A DNA stretch of 58,485 nucleotides, counting the filler, from Basidioascus undulatus (lineage: Eukaryota): NCBI GenBank assembly GCA_000826855.1. It is 6 parts of 6 records of this genome, joined end to end, with 100 filler letters (N's around TTAATTAATTAA, not from the genome) between each part and the next. Parts side by side here need not be neighbours in the genome. Positions count along the whole stretch, not along the records: positions 39,075 to 48,731 come from JTLS01001227.1; positions 48,832 to 58,485 come from JTLS01001228.1; 4 more parts are not named here. One strand, written 5' to 3'. The translations under genes were made by a program, and so were the position numbers. Shown piece after piece: positions 39,135 to 49,837 of the stretch; the stretch's first letter is position 1, and each line of letters begins with the position of its first letter. A model generated the notes under the pieces. The model had not been told where the DNA came from. It did no database searches and was given only the letters and a program-made list of their open reading frames with translations.

Positions 39135-40180
39135 TCAGCTCCATATCCTTCTCAAAGCCCTCCGCTCGATCCCCCACACATGCGCGACCTCCCTCACCTT
39201 GCTCCTTCCAGTCCACATCCACGTCCTCCACCGCACGTGCTCAAGCGCCGGGCACGCCTCCCCCAGCCGCAGCGTCGCGGCCCGCCGGCGCGCCGCGCTT
39301 CGCGCAAACCACCGCGCCAGGTCGGCCGGGTCGTCCAGGTTCAGGAGAGGCGTGGAGTCCTGCGCTTCGCGGTCGAGGTCCAGGCCGAGGGAGAGGTACC
39401 GCAGGTGAGGGAAGAGGGGTAGAAGCGGGAGGCGGTCATCCTGCATGCACTGTTCAGCTTGCCGAGCGTGTACACGGAGGAAAGGAGGTGCCTACCAACT
39501 GCGCCTGCGAAAAGAACCGATCGTCGCACTTGAGGGTCTCCACGTCCGGCACATACGGCGCGACGAAGCGCAGCGCGAACGGGTCGGTGATCGCGAGGTG
39601 TCGGATGGACCGTGCGCTGGTGGGGGGGATGACGCACTGGAGGGCGAAGAGCGCGTCGGTCGTGTAGAGCTCCTCGATCGGCGGGCAGCGCGAGTGGCGG
39701 TCTTCGCGCCGCAGGGGGGGTACGTGCCGCAGGGGCGACTTGCCGTGCAGGTAGAGCGACCGGAGGCGCGGCATCCGGGAGAGGACGGACAGGTTGGAGG
39801 AGTTGAGGGCGCTCACTGCAATCATGTTCACCTTGAAGGATCTGGAGCGCAGTGCGCCATGCTCGTTCAGGACGGAGCGCAGGATGCGGGGGGAGGAAGA
39901 CGTACCGAGCCACTTCCAGCACGCTGCCCTCCCCCGCCTCCTCTGCCTCCAGCGCCTCCAGCGCCGCCGCGCTATCGATCGATAAGTACTCGAACAAAAG
40001 CCGGAAGCACGCCCGCCTGCACGCCCTGCTCGCCGAAGCATACGCGACGAGCGCCGCGCGCGCGTGCGCCGGCGCGGGGAGGTGCAGCTCGCGGTGTGGC
40101 GCTGGGGCGAGGTACGCCGCGATTTGGACGTGGATGTCGAAGGGGAGTACAGGCGGCGGTGGGGAGTTGGGGGACGTCAT
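39135..40180 (-). CDS. F-box-like/LRR(RNI)-like protein, apparently intact (3 exons)
   Basis: LPFDIHVQIAAYL..ALVAYASASRACRRACFRLLFEYLSI (basidiomycete F-box-like), followed by MPRLRSLYL, FPHLRYLSL and CPALEHVRW. Canonical introns join the frames. Confidence 0.7.
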
Positions 40181-41077
40181 GATTCGGTTAATTAGTAGGG
40201 AGAGAGGAAAAGGAGAGGGAGAGGAAAAAGAAAGACGATCGAGCGTGAATGTTGGGACATGTTTGAGCTGGGGGAGGATGAAACGGTTCAATGTGAGGTG
40301 GGCGTTTCGAGTGGGACCTGTTTAGAGATTGGATTGTACGCGTTTGTGATTCGGTTTAAGAGGCTTGTCAGTGCGAGGAGGGCGCTTTTTAGGCAAGAAT
40401 GATGAAGTGCCATGGCGGCTTCGAATATCGAGGGAAGGCGGAGCCTCGAGCCACAGTCCGCAAGAGCCGCGAGGTGGCGAACTAACGTGAGCTCGCCTCG
40501 ACCGCGTCCGACATCCTGCGCATTTCGCCACTATCAGTATATCAGAGCTGCCTGATGCCTGTTTGGAAGAGGGAAGGTGAAGGGAGCTGTTGAAACGAGA
40601 CTTGAAACCCCACGCCGAGGAGGTCGGCGAGGCGTTGTTACGGTTGAACGCTGCCTGCAGTCCCTTTCACCTTCGTGTCTTTGCTGTGTTTGCGTTTTCA
40701 TAAAGAGGATGACATGAAGAGGACCTTCAGAACTTCAATCAACCAGTGAAAGCCATTTCCAAAAGATCGGGTCTGTTGTTGCAATGCCACCGTACACGCC
40801 TTCAACAGACATGTGAGTTGCTCAATGCAGCCGACGAGTGCACCACGCCCCTTGAAACAGTACTCCGTATGGAAATTGTTTGAAAAGCAATGAAGCAAGG
40901 TGCCAGATTGTATGCAGTCCTACCCGACATTTGCCACGAGGTACAAGTCACGCTCGTACGGTGCTTGCGTCTAAAACGACAGTACACAGTCACACCCTAA
41001 CGAGTACACAAGCTCATATACACAAATTCGGAAAGTAATGATCCGACGACAGCGATACATATTCTCTAGTCATGGAC

Positions 41078-43285
41078 TCAATCCACATCCTCCGGCGCAA
41101 ACGACCCGCCCACAGCGGGCGCTGCGTTGTCCGCACGTTTTTCCTCAAGTTTGCCTAAGAACTTGATATCCTTCGCAGCCCCGATGCGCTCCGTCGTCAA
41201 AACGATCGTCTTGCTCATCGTCACGACGTATCCATCCCGCTTCCACTTCTCGATGCACGCCTTGCTCATCAGGAACGTGGCGGTCTGGAAATGCGCACAA
41301 TGAGGGATGATTGAGCGTCGAAAATCTACGAATTCAAACAGACCAAAGATAGGAGAACGGGTGGATAAAGCAAGGCTACCCACATTCGTCCCCTCATCCC
41401 TCTCAAAGACGGAGAGGATCTCAAGCGACGTGCCGGAATTTTGACAGCCGACGACTTGGTCGCGAATGGAAGCGAATGATTTGTGATCGCCTACGTGGAG
41501 GCGCAGTATGAGTAATTGTGCTGGAAAAGAGATGGAGTTCCACAAAGCGACTTAGGCGGCAGGTAGAACAGAAGAACCATCGTCGACGCGTCCGGCGGCA
41601 GGGTCTGCGAGATATGGTCGAAAGGTTTGAACAGGCCTGTGAAAGGCCAACAGCGCACAGTTAAAAGTCTCGCCACAAGTCTGGAACTTTAGGGCAACTC
41701 ACCAAAGCCTTCGAAGCGGATGCTGTATCTCCAGATCTCGTCGCTCGCGAGCAGCGCTGGGCTGGTGATCGGGAACGGCAAGACGGGTCTCCACAGGCTC
41801 GCGGTGACCTAGAACTCTGTCGAGAAGGGGTCGACGAGACCGACACCAGCGGCGGCGGCGGCGGCTGTCGAAGGGAGGGAGAAAGAAGTTAGAGGGTTTG
41901 TCATAGTTTCTGGGATGAAGGAAAGGGATTCGTACTGCCCGAGTTCAGCAAGCCGAACAAGAAGACGGAAGAAACCGTTGACGTTGAGGGGTTCCCGCTG
42001 CGTTCTGACAAGTCAGGCCGTGCGATTCTGCTGAAGAATAAAGAACGACTCATAGGCTGCCGCTGAACCGCGGTCTCCTTCAAAGGCAGCGGCAGGCTTC
42101 CCTTCAGAAACACCCCGTGCAGGAGCTGAAGGAGCCGCGAACGCGTGATGCGCTCCGGCTCGGCGCCGGCGGTGGTCCAGAGGTAGTAAAGCCGGGGAAT
42201 GCGTGCTCGTTCTCCTGGGCGACGCCGAACAGCGGACGCATTTCGTTGGTCGTGAAGAGAGTGTAGCTGCGCAAGGCACAACATTCAGCTCGACGAGCAG
42301 GGAACGGCGGAAGGCGAATTGGCGAAGGTACGTGTGGAGAACGGAGCTTGTAGCGATTCGAACGGGCCAGTCAGCGCTTTCTCCTAGATTCCCGAGTTTA
42401 ACAAGATGTTTGCGGTGGCCAGAGCCTCGAGTGGGGCTTGAAATGCGCTGCGCGATGGTGAAGGTGGACAGCGGACCTGATTATGGCACGAGTTACAGGA
42501 TGAGCGGAGTGAGCGAAAGCACTTCAACAGTGCCAAATATGCAGCGCCGCCTGTATAGTCGGGCACATTGGCGAAGCGCCGAAGATATCAGCTCGTGGGG
42601 ACGGACCGGCCGGTACAGGCAAGGGTTAACTGATACTGACTTGGAAAGATGGATTCGATCGTACGCATCGGGAACGACGCATCTCGAATGATCATTTCTA
42701 GACCGCAATGGGGCACAAACCAGAGTCGTCGGGCTGTGTACGTAGAGCACTGTGAATCAAACTGTCCAAGCTTTGACCCACTATGTCTGATCTCGTCCAT
42801 CATAGCGAAGCTATCACCGAGGATGACCTCGAGCGTCTTCGCGTCCGCTGCCGCCGAGCTCGCCACGACTCACTCAAGGAACGACAAATTCAAGCCATTT
42901 GTCCGCCCTCTTCGCAATCTTCGCGAAATTCTCCTCCGTCCCCTTTGCCTTCCGAAGCTTCTCGAACGACTCGCGAACCAGCTTGGGCTCGTTCAGCCAT
43001 GTCAGCGGCCAGAGCACCTTGAGCTTATCTTAGTAGACGCGTTCCGTCGGCCCAGCGGAGGTGCTCGCTTGCATGAGCTGCGGGTCTTCAACCACCTCCG
43101 TGATGGCCTCGCGGAAGCGATCGACAGACATGCCGGCGCTCGAAGCGAGGCGCGATATGTAGTCGGCTTTGGACGGGTCGGTGAGATCGCGGAGGATTCG
43201 CGCAGATCGGGACGGCTTCCAGACCTTGCAGCGGAGCGACATGGTAGGAGGACGAGTAGGGGAACGGCAGCGCAGACACAAGGAC
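41078..43285 (-). pseudogene. 3' half of a DUF4470-type protein gene, degraded
   Basis: VVPDAYDRIHLS|NVPDYTGG spans intron 42568-42640, whose acceptor reads CAA instead of CAG. LEVILGD lies upstream. In-frame stops (e.g. 43030-43032) and frameshifts are present. The family call rests on my recollection of the YDRIHLSNxPDY motif. Confidence 0.55.
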
Positions 43286-43380
43286 CTGTATAGAAGGAAA
43301 CTACAGACGCCGAGATGCGCCTAATGTTTCTAACTGACATGTTGCCTGTCTCATAACGCACGAACCGGCCTGTCTCCTAG

Positions 43381-44348
43381 CAACGGCATTTCCACTTCAA
43401 AGGCCTGATCACGAAGCAGCTCGGCTACAACAGTGACGAGTCCGCCACGTTTGGTGTCTCGCTGGGTGCCTCCCAGGTGTTCTGGATGACCCTCTTTCCC
43501 TAAGAAATCTTTACTTATGTGCATGCGGTCATAGAACCATTGAATGTGAGGCCTTGTTTTCCAGCTACCTGACGACGGTGTGGACAGACAGCCGCTTGTG
43601 GCTTTCGATGATCGCTCTCATTCCCGTGCGTCTGGCTTATACTTGCATGCGCCATACGTGGCTAACGAGACTAACGAGTTGCCTTGATTGCAGACTCTGG
43701 TCGGGCATCTCATGCGGCTTTTTCTGAAGAAAGCCCAAGGGAAGATCAAGCTCCTTGGCCTGCACTTCATCGCATGCTTCCTTTCATTCGGAGCAGGCCA
43801 TCGCAGAGCCAATTAACCCGACCAGCTGGAATCAACCAATGCTTTTCTACGTCCCTACTTCCTCCCTCGCGCTTGGCCTGCCTGCACAGAACTGCGCTGG
43901 ATACACCAAGCGGACGACTATCTCCGCCCTGGCATTCCTTGCGTACTCGGCCGGCAACATGAGTAGGCGTCAATACAAACAGTTCACTTTCACTCCGATC
44001 AATCAGTCTGACTTTTTTCTGCTTTTCCATTTGGCACTTGGATCCCAAGCGTTCCTCCCCGGTCAAAACTCTGCCTACTTCACCGGTGAGTGCAACCTAT
44101 CATGACACCCCCGCTATCCTTCCTTCCCAACACCACTGGAATCTGACTTGTGTCCTGCTTCGCTAGGCATCATGACCTGCATCGGCTGCATTGCCGGCAT
44201 CTGCGTCTTGTGTCCGCTCCTTCGGTTCTACTACATGCACCAAAACCGCCGGCGCGACGCTGCAAAGGAAGCCGGCGGCGTGCGCGAGACGGCGGACTTC
44301 GCCGACGAGACGGACAAGGAGAACCCCAACTTCCGTTACGTGCTCTAA
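43381..44348 (+). pseudogene. 3' half of a Dal5-like allantoate/ACS-family MFS transporter, degraded
   Basis: NGIS/FKGLITKQLGY (frameshift ~43395), NCAGYTKRTT, LAYSAGNM, GSQAF, RFYYMHQNRRRD and the hallmark C-terminus FADETDKENPNFRYVL*. Splice sites are damaged near 43500 and 44038. No 5' half is present. Confidence 0.82.
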
Positions 44349-46194
44349 GCTGTATCTTGGACCTTCCCTGTTGCAATGAATTGGTACGTTTCTGTAGGTT
44401 TCTAGAGCGCATTATTTACTATACATGTCCTTCTGTTTTTTGTTTATTCTTCTGTACCAGGGGAGAACGCAGTCCCGGGATACATCATAGTTGAACAACG
44501 ACCGCTGCTTGCAAGGGTGGTGACTGTCTTCTTTGATTGCGGCACCCAGGATCGATGATGTCCCACAATGCCTAGGGTTTGGAATTCACCGTGATCAATC
44601 CTGACTTTCATTGTATTTTTATCCAACCATGCCCTCTATCAGCTCGCGGTATGAGTCACGACACCCTTGCTTCGGCGCGGGACCCAACGTCAATTAAGTG
44701 GAGCACTTAAATAATGATTTGGTAAATGCACGGCTGTCGTGCATATAGCGTTGCGAGGCGGGAATGTTGTCCTGCGGTACAGTTTGTAAATATCAACAGG
44801 TGTGTCATTCGACAGCTTCTAAGTATGGAAACGTATTCTGCGGTTGGACATCAAGTCAATTTTTGCCCATAAGCTTTTTGGAAATGAAAGTGCGTGATTG
44901 TCTGACCTCTTTGGCGCGTCGCTTGCAAAGTGCTCCGGAACTGGTCAGGCGGCTTGGATCTGACTCTCATCTTGGTCGACTTCTTTTCGTTAAACGGGAC
45001 CGCCTATTCGCCGATTGACCATCACAGGCTCCTTGATCTACCATGCGCGTTCTTAAATTCAGTTTTACCTCATCAAGCAGAGGCACACTAACATTTCGCG
45101 GCCCGATCGATCACGACAACCTAGCTCCGGCGTGGGCCCTCACGTCGATATCTACAAGCGCGACGATGCAGTTTCTTGTGTCCTCGAGGCCTTGGAGTCG
45201 TGGGGCATCGACGTTGTCGACGTCCTTGCTTCTCTGGAGCGCAATCCGCTCCATCCGTCTGCGTCTCGCGGGTCGGGCGTGAGCGTGGAGCGGCACGGGT
45301 TCGTGGAGCGGGTGGAGAGGGAGCGTGCGGTACTCGTACGTTGTCTACGCGCTTGATGGTGTTGTTGACACCATATCATCTGCAAGTAAATGAAACTTTA
45401 CAGGTTCCCGCATGTCGACTTAGCCCTTCTGGCTCGGTTTTCGCTCACATAGAGATGGCCGAAATCTTCTTCACTCACCCCTGCTCGACTTACATAGCTT
45501 GGACCGATGGGCACTGGCGACGTTACGCCTATGCAAGTTTGTCAAGTTGTCGGTCATTACATGGCCTTCCATGGCCGGCTTGGGTTTGATCAGCTTGATA
45601 GGCCACATGCCGTGTCACATGCGCGATTAAATTATCCGAATTCCTGGTCTCCCATTTTCATTGCGTGGAGTTGCGCTCCGAGCGGTGGACCAGCTGCACC
45701 TTCGACGCTCGCCTTCTGCTAGCAGTACATGGTCAACATGATCCTGTGAAAAGAGCGGACAGCGGAACAGAAAGTGTCAATATCCAGTAAATTAATACCT
45801 TCCTTCAAGTCCTTTCGTCTTCAGCCCATCCTGCAGAGGGACGAGGCTGGCGCGCTAAGCGGCTTAGATTGAGCCAATGCGTGCAGCAGCGCTTTGCGCT
45901 GAGTGTGCTCTTTCGTGCATGGTCCGACGTCGGACGTCGGAGCTTCGTTCGTACGAGACTATCTTAATGAGCGCTCTTCGCTCGTAGGAGGCTATCGATA
46001 AGACTGCTCGCTCAGGACGCTCGAGGATCTTCGCCTTCGTATTCTTCCTCTCCTCCCACTCCAATCCCTTTCCAATCCCTCTCCAATCTGCCAGCTCGTT
46101 GGGCGACCCGTTTGAATAGGCATCCATACTGCTGTTTCGCTCTCCTTTCAGCTCATCAGAAAGACACTGCGACTAGGACAAGATATCCTTCAAG

Positions 46195-46945
46195 ATGCGT
46201 ATTTCGCTGCCGCTCTCCATCACCGCCTTCTTCGCTGTCGCTGCGTACGGCGCGCCGGTGAGTCCACTTCTATTGTACACCACAGCCAGCTCAAATTTTT
46301 CTGCATCTAACGTGCTCCTCTTTGGTTCCCTTCCGTACATCTCAACATCAGACTCGTCGTGCTGAACGGGCCAACGGTAGCGCTTGTACGAAGCAAGACT
46401 TCTGCGAAGGCGTCACCTTCACCAACGAGAGCTACGTCTGCGGCGACCCTCGACTCGGCCCGGAGAAGCTTCCTACCCAACTCCCGCTCGACGCCATCGT
46501 CGCCTCGTACGAGTACGATCGTTTCGGCGGTCTCTGCCCCTCGGACTTCCTCGCCAAATGGTGGAACGACACTGCGAACTCATGGATTTACCCTCCGAAC
46601 GACGGCTTCTAGCTCTCGACCGAGGGGGCGCCGATATCGGCCACGCAGAGCTTGGAGGCGGACCAGACGCTCGATCGCTTCGGGTCCGAGTACGGAGGGT
46701 TCCTCGCGCCTGCTGACACGCCTTTCGCCCAGCGTTCCCTGCCGCCCTCGAACCTCGACACGAGCCGGGGGGACCCCAGATATCCTTACAACTATCACGT
46801 ATACGAGGTCGTCCAGCCGTTCGACGTCATCTCCGGCCCCATCGCGGCGTGGTTCGAGCAGCCCGGTCAAGGCGTGCAGTACTACAGCGAGAAGAACGTG
46901 ATGGCTTTGATCGATGGCGGCTTCGTGCGTCGGGTCGACCTCTGA
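46195..46945 (+). pseudogene. Secreted TNT-domain (DUF4237) NAD(P)+ glycohydrolase of the fungal surface NADase type, interrupted by one in-frame TAG
   Basis: Signal-peptide exon MRISLPLSITAFFAVAAYGAP, intron 46258-46351, then CGDPRLGP..YDRFGGLCP..FLAKW..WIYPPNDGF*L..LDRFGSEYGGFLAP..PFAQRSLPPSNL..NYHVYEV..GPIAAWFEQPGQGVQY..LIDGGFVRR. TAG is at 46610-46612. Confidence 0.9.
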
Positions 46946-47731
46946 GGGGAAGGCGATACGTGCCTGGTCTGGGCGGATTGAATACATAGTCACATGTCAC
47001 AACGCAGGGCTGTTGAGAGAAGGAATGTGAATGCCATCTTGATGGCCAATCTGCACAAACTACCAGATGGCTAGTCGTGGGTGACCCAGTTTGTCCACCG
47101 TCAATGCCACTTATAACAAAACTTCTAACGGCTGCGCTTTTCTACAATTCTCCTGTCGGATACGTAACCACAACCGCCTGCAGCCGCCCCGGGACACGCA
47201 CTTCACAGAGATTTCACGAAAGTTCCACATGTCGACAGCTTCGCGTTGTTCCATATCTGTTGTCTCATTAGCTATGTGCGAGGTTCCTAACATCCACGCA
47301 CCAGTGCTCGACAGTCACATACGGCACTGGGTCGACTCTACCTCGGGCACCTCGGGCGATGGGCAAGGTTTCGTGAAACGCAGTCACAGCAGAGCCAGGC
47401 CGCCTTCGAGGAAGATCATCATGGCGAACAGCAGAGCAGATCCTTTCTGGTGTTCTTGTTACTTGAACAAGCCTCAAGGGGGCCGGTTTTCTGTGGAAGC
47501 TTTCCAGGATAGTGAAGGGAAATAATGCCGAGATGAACGCAGTTGAAATGTTGCAGGCTACACAGGCGCTTGTTTCGGCCAATTGCGAAAACTAATGAAC
47601 GTAAAAGGCCGATACAAGTGTGGACTTGAGGTGTGGCGGCCGTGCGTGCGCGCGTCATGAAATCCGTCCCGCCCTTCTTGGTGCTGTGCTCTTCCCCCTC
47701 TTTCTATTTCACTGCGCGCTGCTCGCTCAAC

Positions 47732-48731
47732 ATGGGAAATCCCACTCCAATGCCAGTGGACACGGTCGCCACCCCGCCCGTGCCTGCCCCTGACACGGCC
47801 ACGCGACTGCGCGAAGAGTTGGAATCTTCCGAAAAGCCCTCTGCAAGCAGCGAGGGCGGCGACTCGGCGTCCATGGTCTGTTTCCCGCCCTGTCAAGCGC
47901 CGTACTGCTACCTCACACCTTGAACCGCAGGACACCGTTGAGAACGGCGAGCCCGCGTCAAAGCGCGCGAGGCTCGCTGCTCAGCCAGCGGTGGAACCGG
48001 TACAGCTTTTCTTTGCTCCCGCGGCTGTCATCCGCCTTGTGCGACTCGCAGACTGACCCGCCTCTCCAACTCGTCTCCAGATCCCAAAATGGAGGAAGCC
48101 TGCTGTGTATCCGTTTGTGTGCCAGACGTGCGGAAAGCGCTATCTCTTTGAGCGCAACTTGGTGCGTCGGCTGCGCGCGCGAACCTTCTTACGCTTTCCG
48201 CTATAACGCTGACTGCCTGCTCGCCACTCACAGACAAACCACAGGCTGCACCAAGATTGCAGTGTGAAATACGACTACTGTCCGTCATATTTAATCCCTT
48301 AACTGTCCAGCACCGTCGCCTGCAGCGTTACTAACGTCTTGGGCGTGGCCGCAGCTCCTATCCCCCTCTCCTCGGTCCACATCGACGTCAAGCCGCCGAC
48401 TCCTGTACGACTTTTTTCCATTGTCTCTTCATCTTTCCGCAGAGTACTCATTCGTGGGGATGTATCACAGCGCGTAAGCCGGCGCCTAACATCCGCAGCC
48501 GCGTCGGCCTCGCCACAGCCTGAAGACTCCGCGTCCGACCACGAGCCGCAGGCGCCTGCTTACCGAGGGCGAGCGTCCGCGATCGACCGCGAGTCCAAGC
48601 CGTTCGCGTGCATCTGTGGGAAGCGCTATGCTTACAAGGAGAGCGTGGTACGTGGCAGCCCCTTCCGCATCCGCCTGATCGCATGACCGCAGCCTGACTG
48701 ACTGTCCCCCACCCCCCCCCCCCCCCCCCCC
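47732..48731 (+). CDS. C2H2/C2HC-type zinc-finger protein; 3' end lost at the contig end
   Basis: Spliced YPFVCQTCGKRYLFERNL|TNHRLHQDC and a second finger start, KPFACICGKRYAYKESV. An NLS-like PASKRAR lies upstream. Confidence 0.65.
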
Positions 48732-48831
48732 NNNNNNNNNNNNNNNNNNNNNNNNNNNNNNNNNNNNNNNNNNNNTTAATTAATTAANNNNNNNNNNNNN
48801 NNNNNNNNNNNNNNNNNNNNNNNNNNNNNNN
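48732..48831. other. Artificial contig spacer (N44-TTAATTAATTAA-N44)
   Basis: Identical 100-nt spacer. Confidence 0.99.
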
Positions 48832-49325
48832 CCGCCCTCAAACGCCCACTCCATGCCAGGCCATCTCCCGCGCTCGCCCCTCCGTGTTGGCCCAAACACG
48901 CCGCCAACCATGGCCCTCGTGACCCTCTCTCCCTTGCCCACAATCACCCTCCCACGATAGGTGATCTCCAGCCCTGGCGCAGGCAATTCCAAATGGATCA
49001 AGCACAGCCTCTGTGACGGGCCATCAAAGACGAGATGGAGCGAGGGCGGGAGGCGGAGGACGAGGGGCGCGGTGGTGCGCTTTGTAGGGTGGTGGAGGGT
49101 GAGGGAGGACGAGTGGAGGAGCGGGTGTGTGCGGAGGTGGCTGAGGATGGGGTAGAGGGATGTTGAGAGCTGGAAGGGGCCTAGGGAGCGCCCCGGGATC
49201 AGGGCGAGGGAGGTGTCTGGGTGGGAGGGCGCGGGGGAGGACCTGGTCGAGGGCGTGGGCGTGGAGGAGGATGCGGAGGATGTGCGGGAGAGGGAGGTGG
49301 GCCGAGGGGAGAGCGAGAGGGGCAT
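48832..49325 (-). CDS. PHAF1: PHAF1/C16orf70 (UPF0183) homolog, N-terminal part
   Basis: LIPGRSLGPFQLSTSLYPILSHLR..PLVLRL..LHLVFDGPSQRLCLI..VFGPT..WPG matches the UPF0183 N-terminal pattern. Truncated by the contig edge. Confidence 0.8.
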
Positions 49326-49837
49326 GTTAATTCGAAGAATTGAGCGTAGAAATGTGAATGAGATGGAGATGGGCAAACGAGTCAAAATGGCGAAGGGACA
49401 CGATAAGTCGCTCCCGTTATCAGTAGCACGTGAGACTAGCAGTGCCCTCACTCGCTCACTACGCTCTCGCATCTACTTCGATCTGTTATGAGGTCATTAG
49501 GATCTGTATTGACTCTTCCATCTGGCTCAGGCTTCTGTAAGAAACGATATTTCAGAGGAAACGCGAGGAGTAGATACTAGTCATCCCGCTTAATCCCGAC
49601 AAGGAATTCACCCTATCGCCGAGAACTCCCACGCTCCTGGGTACTCCGGCGAGGCATTTGGCGACTTCCCACTTTGGCCTCGTACCCAAACGCCCTACCG
49701 CTCTCCCTTCTCGTCCTTATACCTCTCACCGCCCGCCCACGCTATCCGCCTATCAGCCACTCAAATCAAAGCGCGCGCGGACACCCTTCTCAGTCGCCCC
49801 GCGGCGGGCTGCCTCTCAACCTTTCCCCTCCCCTCCC

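Noticed and set aside
45040..46130. Short ORFs (45132-45356 +, 45864-46127 -) and an imperfect ~33-bp duplication near 45943-46008
   Set aside because: No recognisable motifs or consistent exon structure; possibly eroded gene debris, but not supportable.
16914..46612. Several in-frame TAG codons (16914, 21652, 34710, 46610) suggesting UAG-to-Gln reassignment
   Set aside because: Intact genes terminate at TAG (kinase 2357-2359, carrier 22902-22904). Three of the four affected genes also carry frameshifts, and no internal TAG was seen in the traced Tra1 exons.
9775..46945. RIP-like hypermutation as the cause of the pseudogenes
   Set aside because: The inferred C:G>T:A changes occur in mixed dinucleotide contexts and many lesions are deletions. 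There are too few polarised sites to claim a RIP signature.
9675..48831. TTAATTAATTAA recurring every ~9.76 kb as a biological periodic element, or a gene cluster spanning it
   Set aside because: It is embedded in N runs and is a six-frame stop linker. The periodicity comes from size-sorting of contigs.
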